A stretch of 32,000 nucleotides of DNA from Demequinaceae bacterium (GTDB lineage Bacteria; Actinomycetota; Actinomycetes; Actinomycetales; Demequinaceae). How positions within the stretch are numbered: position 1 is the first letter of the stretch; each line of letters opens with the position of its first letter. Below are positions 7,666-15,657 of the stretch, one piece after another. Position numbers and translations under genes: made by a program. The stretch lies in assembly GCA_965250005.1 (NCBI GenBank), contig OZ252279.1, forward strand, positions 1,020,001 through 1,052,000, in the 5' to 3' direction. Below the pieces are notes generated by a model. It ran no database searches. It saw nothing but the letters and a program-made list of their open reading frames with translations, and was not told the DNA's origin.

Positions 7666-9834
7666 GTGAGCCAACGGACCAGAGCCACCCACGCAAAACC
7701 TGAACAGGCCAGCGACTCGCCGCACCGCTGGGTACGGGCCGTCGCCGCGGCGCCTGAGCGCATCGTCCTCGTTGGAGTGGCGTTGGCGCTGGCTGCAGGC
7801 GCAGCCGTCAGCATTGGCCAATTCGAACCGTGGCTGGTTCTGCCCATTGCAGCGATCCTCACCATCGTGGGATGGAGCGCGTCGCAGCCACGGCAACTCG
7901 ACGTCAGGACAGCACTGGGCAGCGCCTTCGGCCTCTTGGGTGCTGCAGTATGGATACTCCGTAATTTGCCGTGGGCGGCAGAGTTCTTTGTGGTGCGCCG
8001 CGACCCGGGCTTTCTTACGCTCAGCGGTCTCTGGCTTGTCGATCACGGGTCAACTGATATGCCCATGCTCGGCGCCGTCGACGCTGCGGCCACTCATTCG
8101 TTTGCCACGGCGGATGCCGGCGAGGCATGGAACCGCAACGGCGACACCATCCAGCCGCAAGGCGCCAAGATGCTTCCGGCCGTGATCGCGATGGGTGGCT
8201 GGCTCGCCGGAACCACGGGGGTGCTTAACGCGAACATTGTTGTTGGTGCACTCGGCTTGCTCGCCGTTTACGTACTCGCTCGCAAGCTCATGGGCCCAAT
8301 CGCCGCACTCGTCCCCGCTCTTGCGATCGCTCTCTCCGTCTCCCACATGTGGACTTCGCGGTCCCCCTACTCCGAGCCGCTGACGATGCTCCTTATCATC
8401 GCTGCGGTCGCATGGGCGTGGCGGGCGGTATCGCAACGAGATCCCTATGCTCTTGCGCTCGCTGCCGTGGCGAGCGGCGCGACCACGCTCGTGCGAATCG
8501 ACGGCGCTACGTTCGCTATCGGCCTCGCGATGGGCGTAGTCGTCGCGCTGGTCTTCACGACTGGCGGCTCGTACAGTTGGCGCACCGTCGCGCCCGTAGG
8601 GTTCTTGATCGTCCAGGCAACCGTCGTGAGCGGCGGGCGTGCCTCGCTGGAACGGTGGAGTGCGCTCTACGTCGCGCGGCTGGGAGATCAGTCGGCGGCG
8701 TTAGGCGCCGGGTACATCTCGGTCGTCGTTGTCCTCCTGCTTCTCGTGGTGACAGCGACGATCGCGCGTCAGCGATGGCGCACAACTCTCGCAGCCAGCG
8801 CCCGGGCTAGGTGGGTGCGCGCCGCGCGTAAGCACGCGCCCAAATTCGGCGCGGGAGCAATCATCGCGATCTGGGCCGTTCTGGCAAGCCGCCCCAAATG
8901 GATAACGATCTACGGCTTCCCCGACGGCGATTTCCACCGTGATTACATCGCGTTCTTGCAGCGAGCGGACGGCCTTGAAGTAGACCCTGGCAGGTCCTAC
9001 GACGAGAGCACGGTGACCTGGATTTCGTATTACTTCGGATGGCCGCTCATCGTGCTCGGAGTACTGGGCTTCGCAATAATGGCCTGGAAGCTCTTGCGCG
9101 GTAGATCAATATGGGCGGTCCCCCTGGCCGCGCTCCTAGCCCCCGGGCTTCTCTACCTGCTCAAGCCGCAGATCGTGCCTGACCAAGTATGGGCAATCAG
9201 ACGGCTGGCGCCATCGATCATGGTCGGACTCGTGATTGCCGCAGCCGTGGCCTGGCAAGCGGCAATGCGCAAACTCCGGCGCGCCAAAACAGAAGAGTTC
9301 ACGCACGCGACCTCGATCGCCATCGCTGCGCTCATCGCTCTGTCTCCGCTTGTGGGCTGGCTATCTATCCGGCCAGGCACGGACGACCCTGTGCTCCTCA
9401 CGAGCGCAATGTGGGTGAAAGAACAAGACGGGGCGCGGGATCAAATCACGCAACTCTGCTCCTACACCCGCAATCGTCCCGTTGTGCTGGCGGGAACCGG
9501 GTCACATTTCGGCACCGTGCGCGCCGCATGCGACTCGCCTGTAGTGCTCTTTCACCTCACGGGTAACCCCAGTCTCGGACGCCAACTGACGGCGCCAGTG
9601 TTGCGCGACATCGCCACCGCTTGGGGCGAAAACCCTGTGTTGCTCACACGTAATCCTGAGCAGATCCCATGGACCTCGCCGCCGGCAGGTCCGACGTTCG
9701 AGTCCGTCATGTTCTACGCATCGGGCTCGCTTGGGGCCCTGCCCCGCGGGCGTGCTGAGAAGAACTACAACTGGTACGTGGGCGAAGTGCTACCTGACGG
9801 CACGGTTGCGTTCATATCGGGCGGAGCAGACTAG
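7666..9834 (+). CDS. Large polytopic membrane protein, candidate GT-C-fold glycosyltransferase
   Basis: 722-aa ORF with a GTG start. By eye there are about 15-16 hydrophobic helices, a roughly 70-aa loop after helix 3 (VVRRDPGFLTLSGLWLVDHGSTD...), a second loop near residue 420, and a roughly 150-aa non-hydrophobic C-terminal domain. That topology resembles ArnT/PMT/Aft-type GT-C enzymes. The family assignment is inference only. Confidence 0.8.
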   Translation: MSQRTRATHAKPEQASDSPHRWVRAVAAAPERIVLVGVALALAAGAAVSIGQFEPWLVLPIAAILTIVGWSASQPRQLDVRTALGSAFGLLGAAVWILRNLPWAAEFFVVRRDPGFLTLSGLWLVDHGSTDMPMLGAVDAAATHSFATADAGEAWNRNGDTIQPQGAKMLPAVIAMGGWLAGTTGVLNANIVVGALGLLAVYVLARKLMGPIAALVPALAIALSVSHMWTSRSPYSEPLTMLLIIAAVAWAWRAVSQRDPYALALAAVASGATTLVRIDGATFAIGLAMGVVVALVFTTGGSYSWRTVAPVGFLIVQATVVSGGRASLERWSALYVARLGDQSAALGAGYISVVVVLLLLVVTATIARQRWRTTLAASARARWVRAARKHAPKFGAGAIIAIWAVLASRPKWITIYGFPDGDFHRDYIAFLQRADGLEVDPGRSYDESTVTWISYYFGWPLIVLGVLGFAIMAWKLLRGRSIWAVPLAALLAPGLLYLLKPQIVPDQVWAIRRLAPSIMVGLVIAAAVAWQAAMRKLRRAKTEEFTHATSIAIAALIALSPLVGWLSIRPGTDDPVLLTSAMWVKEQDGARDQITQLCSYTRNRPVVLAGTGSHFGTVRAACDSPVVLFHLTGNPSLGRQLTAPVLRDIATAWGENPVLLTRNPEQIPWTSPPAGPTFESVMFYASGSLGALPRGRAEKNYNWYVGEVLPDGTVAFISGGAD

Positions 9835-9959
9835 TCGATTTCTTGGTTAGTTGGCGGCCACCCGCCACAGTCATCTGGGCTGGACCGAAGGGTACCGACA
9901 CCGCCGACGGGATCGACCCACACCCGCTTCTCCCCCTCTAGAACTAGTTTGACGCGTTC

Positions 9960-9983
9960 GACAATGCGACTCTGAACATTGTC
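9960..9983. promoter_or_regulatory. Inverted repeat GACAATG-N10-CATTGTC in the long intergenic region upstream of the FHA-ATPase gene
   Basis: Perfect 7-bp arms at 9960-9966 and 9977-9983. A TTGACG hexamer lies at 9949-9954. No function is demonstrated. Confidence 0.25.
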
Positions 9984-10176
9984 TCAACTAGCCTCGACCC
10001 CGAAGAAACTGGAATCCAGAAGGAACCCCCGGTGAACCGAGAGGTCTACCCCATCTATTCCGATCCCAGTCTCGGTCGAGAAGTTCCCTGAGTCGCAGGA
10101 CTCGCCTCGGTTATCCACATTCTGCGACAACCAGTTGGGCGTCACTCTGAGGTGCGCCAATATCGTGTCCGTGCGC

Positions 10177-13100
10177 ATGACAGTGGCCGGGACGCTAGAG
10201 GTCGACACCGCGCTGGGCACTAGCGCCGCTCAAATTGCGGACTTTGCACAAGCGCAGGGGGTGACACTTGGGGCCGAAATCTGGTGCGGGGACGTCCGCA
10301 TCGATCGCGGGCATCCCGCGGGCGTCTGGCCTCTGCTAGCGGGCGCATCGATTGGCCCGCAGCCAGGACTCCCGTGCGCGCCGACGGAAGGGCTCTCGCT
10401 CCTCACAATCGCCGGCCCGGACGTTGGGTCCTTCGTGCCGCTGAGAGATGGCGCGGTGGGCGTCGGACGGGCTCCCCAATCGCCCAACCCGGAGTCCGCC
10501 TTCCTCGCGATCGCCGATCCCCACATGTCGAAACGCCACTTCGAATTCATGGCGAGCCGCGACCTCACGGTGCGAGACTCCGGATCAACCAACGGCACGT
10601 ACATCTGGCGTGGCGCCATCCGCACGCGGGCAGCGCGTTCCCAGCCCGCGTTGCCCGGTGATGTCCTGCAGGCTGGGGCGTCTTGGCTCGCCGTTGTCGA
10701 CCCACACTCCCAGCAAGAGGACGGTGCACTTGGCCCCGATCCGTCGGGAGGAGGGCCATCTCGAGCAAACCCGGAGGCGCCCCTCCCCGATCTAGCGAAC
10801 CGGCTGGCCCCGCTCGTTGGCTCCCTCGCCATGGGCGTCATGATGGCGGCTACCACCGGGCGCTGGTGGTTCGCCGTGCTCGGTTTGGCCTACCCTGCCT
10901 ACGCGCTCGCGCCCGCCGTCCGCGCGCGGCTCGCGCGCAGCAGTCTCCCACCCAACTTCGCCATCACACCCTCGGACTTGCCTCAGTCACGGGATTTCTG
11001 GGGAACAGCTGCCCGCGGAAATATCGCGATCGAGGGGCCCGCCGATGCGGCGACGGCCTTCGCTCGTGCGGTGGTCCTTTCTCGCGGTCGCAAGACTCCC
11101 CCGGGCTCTTGGGCGGAACCATGGATGGACTGGCTTGAGGATCCGCTAGCGAGCGATGGCCACGTCACCTTGGTTGGGAACGACGCCGCCCCGTCATGGT
11201 GCGACACGGTGGTTGCTGTCTCACCGCGCGGAACGCGCATCCACCACGACGGGACAGTGTTCGAAGCGCCCGTCGTTGCCGTCTCTCTTGGTGTGGCCGA
11301 GAGTTGGGCGCGCCGCAAGGCTGGTTCGAGGGCACGGCGCGCCCTTCCCGCCCAAGTGCGGTGGGGGGATCTGTCGAGCGGCGAGCCGCCGAGTCCATCC
11401 CCGGTCGGCGCGCCCAGGAAGCTCGCGGCCCCCGTCGGGGTTAGTGAATCAGGCGCCTTCATGCTTGACCTCGACGAGCACGGCCCTCACCTGCTGGTCG
11501 CAGGTACCACCGGCGCCGGAAAATCGGCGTGCCTCGAGACGCTCGTTCTCTCGCTTGCGAGACGGTACTCGCCAGCGGACCTGGCAATCGCGGTCTTCGA
11601 CTTCAAGGGCGGCGCAGGTTTGGGATCGTGCCGCGACCTGCCCCACTCAGCGGGCACGTTGACGGATCTCGACGGCCACCTCGCGCGAAGAGCCCTTGCT
11701 GCGCTGTCGCACGAACTCACAGACCGCAAGGCTGCGCTGGTCAAAGCCGGGCACGCGTCCCTGGCCGAATGGGAAGCGGCGGGCGCGGCGCCACCGCGAC
11801 TGCTCGTGGTGGCCGATGAATACCAGGAACTCACGGTGAGCTACCCGGAGTTCCTTCCGGACCTCGCGCGGCTAGCCGCACAGGGCCGCTCGCTCGGGCT
11901 ACACCTCGTGCTCGCGACCCAGCGGCCCGCCGGCGCAGTAACTCCGGAGATCCGTGCCAACATCGGCACAACGATCGCGCTTCGCGTGAACTCTGATGCG
12001 GAATCGCGAGACCTCGTCGGCACGTCCGATGCCGCGAGCATCCCCCGAACATTTCCGGGGCGAGCCATCATTGCCACCGGCGAAGCGCGCACGATTGTGC
12101 AAATGGCGCTGCCCGTCCTCGATCCAACCCCGCCGGTCACCAACGCTCACGCTCCTCGCAGCGCTGGCTCGGCGGATCACCTCGCGGACGCCATCCGGGC
12201 CGCGCACTCCACGCAGACCGCTCAACCGCTGTGGCTCGCGCCGTTGCCGCCGTCACTTCCACTCGAGTCCGAGGCCCCTCCCCTGGCAACAGGCGCCCTC
12301 TGGCTCGGCCGCGGCGACGTCCCCGCCGCGCGGCGTCAGCCGGCCCTGCACTGGGAGTTCGCACGCGGCGCAATCGTGATCGCGGGGCCTCCGGGTTCGG
12401 GACGCACCTCAGCGCTCAGGCTGCTGGGCGCGCAAGCCAAATCCAGCGGACTCAGGCCGGTATGGCTCCCGGCAGATCCTCGCGAAGCGGCGCGAACCAT
12501 CGCGCTTGTCGGCGACGATCGAGAGGTCCTCCTACTCGTCGACGACGCCGACCGGGCACTGGCCGACTTGCTCGGCGTTGACCATGGTCGCGGCGCCGAA
12601 GCGCTCGGGAAGCGGGTCACCAGCGCTCCGATTGCACTTGCCGTTCCCGTCACCGGCTCATTGCGCATCGCGTCGCAGGCCACGACGCGAGTCATTCTCG
12701 CCGGCGCGACGCCCACCGACGACGCGGTCTGGGGAGTTCCGCGCAATCTGCACGGCACCCAGCCACAACCGGGACGGGCGCGCGTGGGAATCGGCAACTC
12801 GTGGTGCGAAGCCCAGGTTGGATGGACCGACCATGCGGCTGACCAACCCGTGGTCCAATCCCTGCCCAGCACGGTGAACTCGGCGCTACTTGAGGGGCTA
12901 GAGCCCGGCAGCCTGGTGGTGGGTATCGGTGGCGACCATGCCGAGCCATGGGTGATCGATCCTGCGCGCGCGGTCCTGGTGATCGGTGCCGCATCAGCTG
13001 AGCGTGATCGCGTGCACGCCTCGCTGGTGGCGTCATGCGCGGCGCGTAAGGACGGCCCCTCCGTCAACGTTGTTGACAACCCTCTACTTGCCTCAAGGAG

Positions 13101-13275
13101 GGACCTCGACCAGGCCACGATGGTGCTTGCCGAGCCGTCGACGCGCACCGTGCGGGACGCATTCCGGGGCGACTCGGACGGGCTAGTTGACGCGCGCCCG
13201 CCGACGCTGCGGGTACTCATGGTGCAGGCCGGTGTGCCTGCGGCAGTCCAGCTTTCCGTGGCGCCGCTGGACTAG
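10177..13275 (+). CDS. FHA-domain FtsK/SpoIIIE-family multi-ATPase (EssC/EccC-like architecture)
   Basis: The track ORF starts at TTG 10135. ATG 10177 or GTG 10171 is more plausible. Residue numbers below count from the TTG.
- FHA domain at about residues 88-190 (GRAPQSP..SKRHFEF..VRDSGSTNGTYIW).
- TM hairpin LAPLVGSLAMGVMMAATTGRWWFAVLGLAYPAYALAPAV.
- ATPase 1: Walker A GTTGAGKS (11503-11526), Walker B LLVVADEYQEL, LATQRP.
- ATPase 2: GPPGSGRT (12385-12408), LLLVDDADR.
- Terminal domain without a P-loop. Confidence 0.9.
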   Translation: MTVAGTLEVDTALGTSAAQIADFAQAQGVTLGAEIWCGDVRIDRGHPAGVWPLLAGASIGPQPGLPCAPTEGLSLLTIAGPDVGSFVPLRDGAVGVGRAPQSPNPESAFLAIADPHMSKRHFEFMASRDLTVRDSGSTNGTYIWRGAIRTRAARSQPALPGDVLQAGASWLAVVDPHSQQEDGALGPDPSGGGPSRANPEAPLPDLANRLAPLVGSLAMGVMMAATTGRWWFAVLGLAYPAYALAPAVRARLARSSLPPNFAITPSDLPQSRDFWGTAARGNIAIEGPADAATAFARAVVLSRGRKTPPGSWAEPWMDWLEDPLASDGHVTLVGNDAAPSWCDTVVAVSPRGTRIHHDGTVFEAPVVAVSLGVAESWARRKAGSRARRALPAQVRWGDLSSGEPPSPSPVGAPRKLAAPVGVSESGAFMLDLDEHGPHLLVAGTTGAGKSACLETLVLSLARRYSPADLAIAVFDFKGGAGLGSCRDLPHSAGTLTDLDGHLARRALAALSHELTDRKAALVKAGHASLAEWEAAGAAPPRLLVVADEYQELTVSYPEFLPDLARLAAQGRSLGLHLVLATQRPAGAVTPEIRANIGTTIALRVNSDAESRDLVGTSDAASIPRTFPGRAIIATGEARTIVQMALPVLDPTPPVTNAHAPRSAGSADHLADAIRAAHSTQTAQPLWLAPLPPSLPLESEAPPLATGALWLGRGDVPAARRQPALHWEFARGAIVIAGPPGSGRTSALRLLGAQAKSSGLRPVWLPADPREAARTIALVGDDREVLLLVDDADRALADLLGVDHGRGAEALGKRVTSAPIALAVPVTGSLRIASQATTRVILAGATPTDDAVWGVPRNLHGTQPQPGRARVGIGNSWCEAQVGWTDHAADQPVVQSLPSTVNSALLEGLEPGSLVVGIGGDHAEPWVIDPARAVLVIGAASAERDRVHASLVASCAARKDGPSVNVVDNPLLASRRDLDQATMVLAEPSTRTVRDAFRGDSDGLVDARPPTLRVLMVQAGVPAAVQLSVAPLD

Positions 13276-13285
13276 AGCGATGGGC

Positions 13286-13684
13286 TCAGCGTGACCGGGC
13301 TACTCTGCGGGCCGCCAGGATGACTCCCCAAGCCACGACGGCAACTGGGGCGAGAATCGCCAACGCGATCGCGGGCTGACTCGCGAGGAGCGGAATCCCA
13401 ACGCCCGCCTGCAGTATTTGCCAGGCGATTGCCGCGCCGAGCGCCCACCGGACGCCGCTCCACATCGCGCACGCAGTAAGCACCAGGCCAACCGCAATCA
13501 GTATCGCGAATCCGGCTATGAACGCGGCGGTATCCGCGCGCTCCACCTCACCGGTTACGCCAAAGCCGACGGTGGCGCCGGCCCACCCAAGCAGGCCCGC
13601 GGCTTCTACCCCGAGAGCGACTGAAGCCGCCTTCTCGGCAAAGGAGACCCTGTCTGTCCGGGCAACTTCGGGCGATTTCACCAT
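13286..13684 (-). CDS. Small hypothetical membrane protein (about 4 TM helices)
   Basis: 132-aa ORF with an ATG start. Four hydrophobic stretches are separated by short charged turns. It is convergent with the FHA-ATPase gene and divergent from whiB1. I recognised no family. Confidence 0.6.
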   Translation of the reverse strand: MVKSPEVARTDRVSFAEKAASVALGVEAAGLLGWAGATVGFGVTGEVERADTAAFIAGFAILIAVGLVLTACAMWSGVRWALGAAIAWQILQAGVGIPLLASQPAIALAILAPVAVVAWGVILAARRVARSR

Positions 13685-13685
13685 G

Positions 13686-13747
13686 CAGATAACCTAGCGC
13701 GGCCGTAAGGTGTGAGCGGCGGCACAATGCTAGGCCCTTGTTATCTG
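13686..13747. promoter_or_regulatory. Interrupted inverted repeat CAGATAACCTAGC ... GCTAG(gccctt)GTTATCTG in the divergent promoter region
   Basis: The outer arms CAGATAAC (13686-13693) and GTTATCTG (13740-13747) are perfect complements. The inner arms CTAGC (13694-13698) and GCTAG (13729-13733) also pair. The repeat encloses the first TGTGA box. Confidence 0.35.
13711..13726. promoter_or_regulatory. CRP/FNR-type site candidate TGTGA-N6-GCACA
   Basis: TGTGAGCGGCGGCACA matches 9 of 10 positions of the TGTGA-N6-TCACA consensus. It is preceded by TAAGG, as is the second box. Confidence 0.4.
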
Positions 13748-13780
13748 TTGCCAATCATGAGATTCTTTTCCCCTAAGGCG

Positions 13781-13796
13781 TGTGAGGCCCTGCCCA
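13781..13796. promoter_or_regulatory. Second, weaker CRP-like box TGTGA-N6-GCCCA, 54 nt upstream of the whiB1 ATG
   Basis: TGTGAGGCCCTGCCCA has a perfect left half-site and a 3/5 right half. It shares the extended left motif TAAGG-N(1-2)-GTGTGAG with the box at 13711. Confidence 0.3.
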
Positions 13797-13849
13797 CTGC
13801 CTTGCCCTCAACGGTGAGTTTTCTATTACCCTGCCATCAAGGAGTTGCC

Positions 13850-14104
13850 ATGGACTGGCGCGACCGCGCTGAATGCCTCAATGTTGACGACCCGGAGCTT
13901 TTCTTCCCAGTCGGCAACACCGGGCCTGCCATTGTTCAGATCGAACTGGCCAAGGAAGTCTGCAACACGTGCGACGTGCGTGAGACGTGCCTGGCCTGGG
14001 CAATGGAACACAACCAGGACTCTGGAGTATGGGGTGGCCTTTCCGAGGACGAGCGCCGTTCGCTCAAGCGCCGCGCTGCACGCGCACGCCGCGCTTCCAA
14101 GTAA
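13850..14104 (+). CDS. whiB1: WhiB-family [4Fe-4S] transcription regulator, WhiB1 ortholog
   Basis: The ATG at 13850 follows AAGGAG (13839-13844). The 84-aa product MDWRDRAECLNVDDPELFFPVGNTGPAIVQIELAKEVCNTCDVRETCLAWAMEHNQDSGVWGGLSEDERRSLKRR carries the four Cys, the GVWGG turn and a basic tail. As I recall it, the sequence closely resembles M. tuberculosis WhiB1. The longer track ORF (13712) is an upstream extension. Confidence 0.95.
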   Translation: MDWRDRAECLNVDDPELFFPVGNTGPAIVQIELAKEVCNTCDVRETCLAWAMEHNQDSGVWGGLSEDERRSLKRRAARARRASK

Positions 14105-14146
14105 CGCTATCGCAGGCCCGGCCTCGTACCGGGGCTGGCTCGCATC

Positions 14147-15601
14147 TTAGCGCCGCGGCCCAACAGTCACGTGCACATCTACCTCGCTGCCGCCGTTAAC
14201 AGCACGCCACTCGAGCGTGCCCCCTAACTCGTTCTCAACCAGCGTCGTAACGATCTGAGATCCGAGCCCTTCCGGCTGACCCGTCAATCCCACTCCGTCG
14301 TCCGCGATGACCACTCGAAGGTCATCCCCTTCGCGCTCTGCGCGCACAGTGATCGTGCCGTGTTCGCGGCCCTCGAAACCGTGCTCTACCGCGTTCGTCA
14401 CAAGTTCGGTGACGATCAACGCAAGCGACGAGGCCGCGGGCGCAGGGATGAGCCCAAAGTCGCCTTCCCTGACGATCTTTACCTGCACCGACGAGGACGC
14501 GATTTCAGCGGACATACGTGTGCTCCGCGCAGCAAGGTCATCGAAATTGACGAGCTCGTCGAGAGTGCCCGATAGGGTCTCGTGCACGAGAGCGATGGTG
14601 GCGACCCGCCGCATAGCTTCCCCGAGCGCCACTTTCGCCTCGGGAGCCTCGACTCGTCGGCTCTGGAGCCGCAAGAGTGCGGCGACGGTCTGGAGATTGT
14701 TCTTGACGCGGTGATGAATTTCGCGGATAGTCGCGTCCTTGGTGATCAACTCGCGCTCGCGCCTGCGAAGCTCCGAGACATCGCGGCACAGCAACAGGGC
14801 GCCCGTCCGCGTGCCGTCATCCGTCGTTGGGATAGCGCGCAGGGACAAACACGCGCCGTGAGCTTCGAGGTCGGTCCGCCACGCGGCCCGACCCATCACA
14901 ACCATCGCAAGGGTCTCGTCTATCGAGAGCTTGTCCGTGACGAGTTCACTGGTGAGTCGCGGCAGCGACCGGCCGACCAGCGTTCCCGTCACCCCCAGCC
15001 GGTGAAAGCAACTGAGCGCATTCGGGCTCGCGTAGGTCACATGGCCCTGACCGTCTAGCCTGACCACGCCGTCGCCTACGCGCGGCGCACCCCGCCGCGG
15101 GCCCGTGACGGACGTTTGCACGGGGAACTCTCCACGCATCACCATCTGCAGGAGCTCGTCGGCGGCTCCCTTGTAGTTGAGTTCAAGCCGGCTTGACGAG
15201 CGTGAGACCGCTTGCGAAACCTCGCGGGTCAAGACGGCAATGGTCTTTCCCTCCATCACGATCGGCAGCGCGTCCTCCCGCACCGCGTAGGACTCGTCCC
15301 AGCGCGGCTCGCGCGACGCGACCATCTCGCCCTGGTCGAAGGCCTGCTGAAGCGCGCCCACGCGGCCAGCAGGGATCAGAACGCCAACGACGTCATCTTG
15401 GTGGACGGTCGGGCCGGTGGATGGCCGACACTGCGCGATCGCGACGAACCCCTCCGGGATCTGCCTCCACATGACCAGGTCGGCGAACGAGAGGTCCGCA
15501 ATGACCTGCCAGTCGGCTGCAAGTTGGGCAAGCCATTCCTGCTGATCGGCGGGCATCGATCCGTAGCGTTCGGACGTCTCACGCAAGGTGGCCATGCGCA
15601 T
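14147..15601 (-). CDS. pdtaS: Cytoplasmic GAF-PAS histidine kinase, PdtaS-like (HisKA_2 type)
   Basis: 484 aa with no TM segment. H-box EIHHRVKNNLQTVAALLRLQSRR, HATPase motifs ELVTNAVEHGF and DDGVGL. It is adjacent and convergent to whiB1, as Rv3220c is to Rv3219. The start is either ATG 15601 or ATG 15595. Confidence 0.85.
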   Translation of the reverse strand: MRMATLRETSERYGSMPADQQEWLAQLAADWQVIADLSFADLVMWRQIPEGFVAIAQCRPSTGPTVHQDDVVGVLIPAGRVGALQQAFDQGEMVASREPRWDESYAVREDALPIVMEGKTIAVLTREVSQAVSRSSSRLELNYKGAADELLQMVMRGEFPVQTSVTGPRRGAPRVGDGVVRLDGQGHVTYASPNALSCFHRLGVTGTLVGRSLPRLTSELVTDKLSIDETLAMVVMGRAAWRTDLEAHGACLSLRAIPTTDDGTRTGALLLCRDVSELRRRERELITKDATIREIHHRVKNNLQTVAALLRLQSRRVEAPEAKVALGEAMRRVATIALVHETLSGTLDELVNFDDLAARSTRMSAEIASSSVQVKIVREGDFGLIPAPAASSLALIVTELVTNAVEHGFEGREHGTITVRAEREGDDLRVVIADDGVGLTGQPEGLGSQIVTTLVENELGGTLEWRAVNGGSEVDVHVTVGPRR

Positions 15602-15657
15602 AGCCTAAGCCCGCGCGTCAAAGCGGTAATCTTGAATTCACAACCCAGGGGGTACAC

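Noticed and set aside
9984-10220. 78-aa minus-strand ORF in the intergenic region upstream of the FHA-ATPase. It was checked as a possible WXG100-like substrate.
   Set aside because: It has no WxG motif and no helical-hairpin character, and I saw no RBS. It also overlaps the likely start of the ATPase gene.
10230-13220. Several long antisense or alternate-frame ORFs inside the FHA-ATPase gene (for example 10230..10856 and 12336..13220, both minus strand)
   Set aside because: The plus-strand frame carries FHA and two Walker A/B sets. The alternatives have no motifs and biased Arg/Pro/Ser composition.
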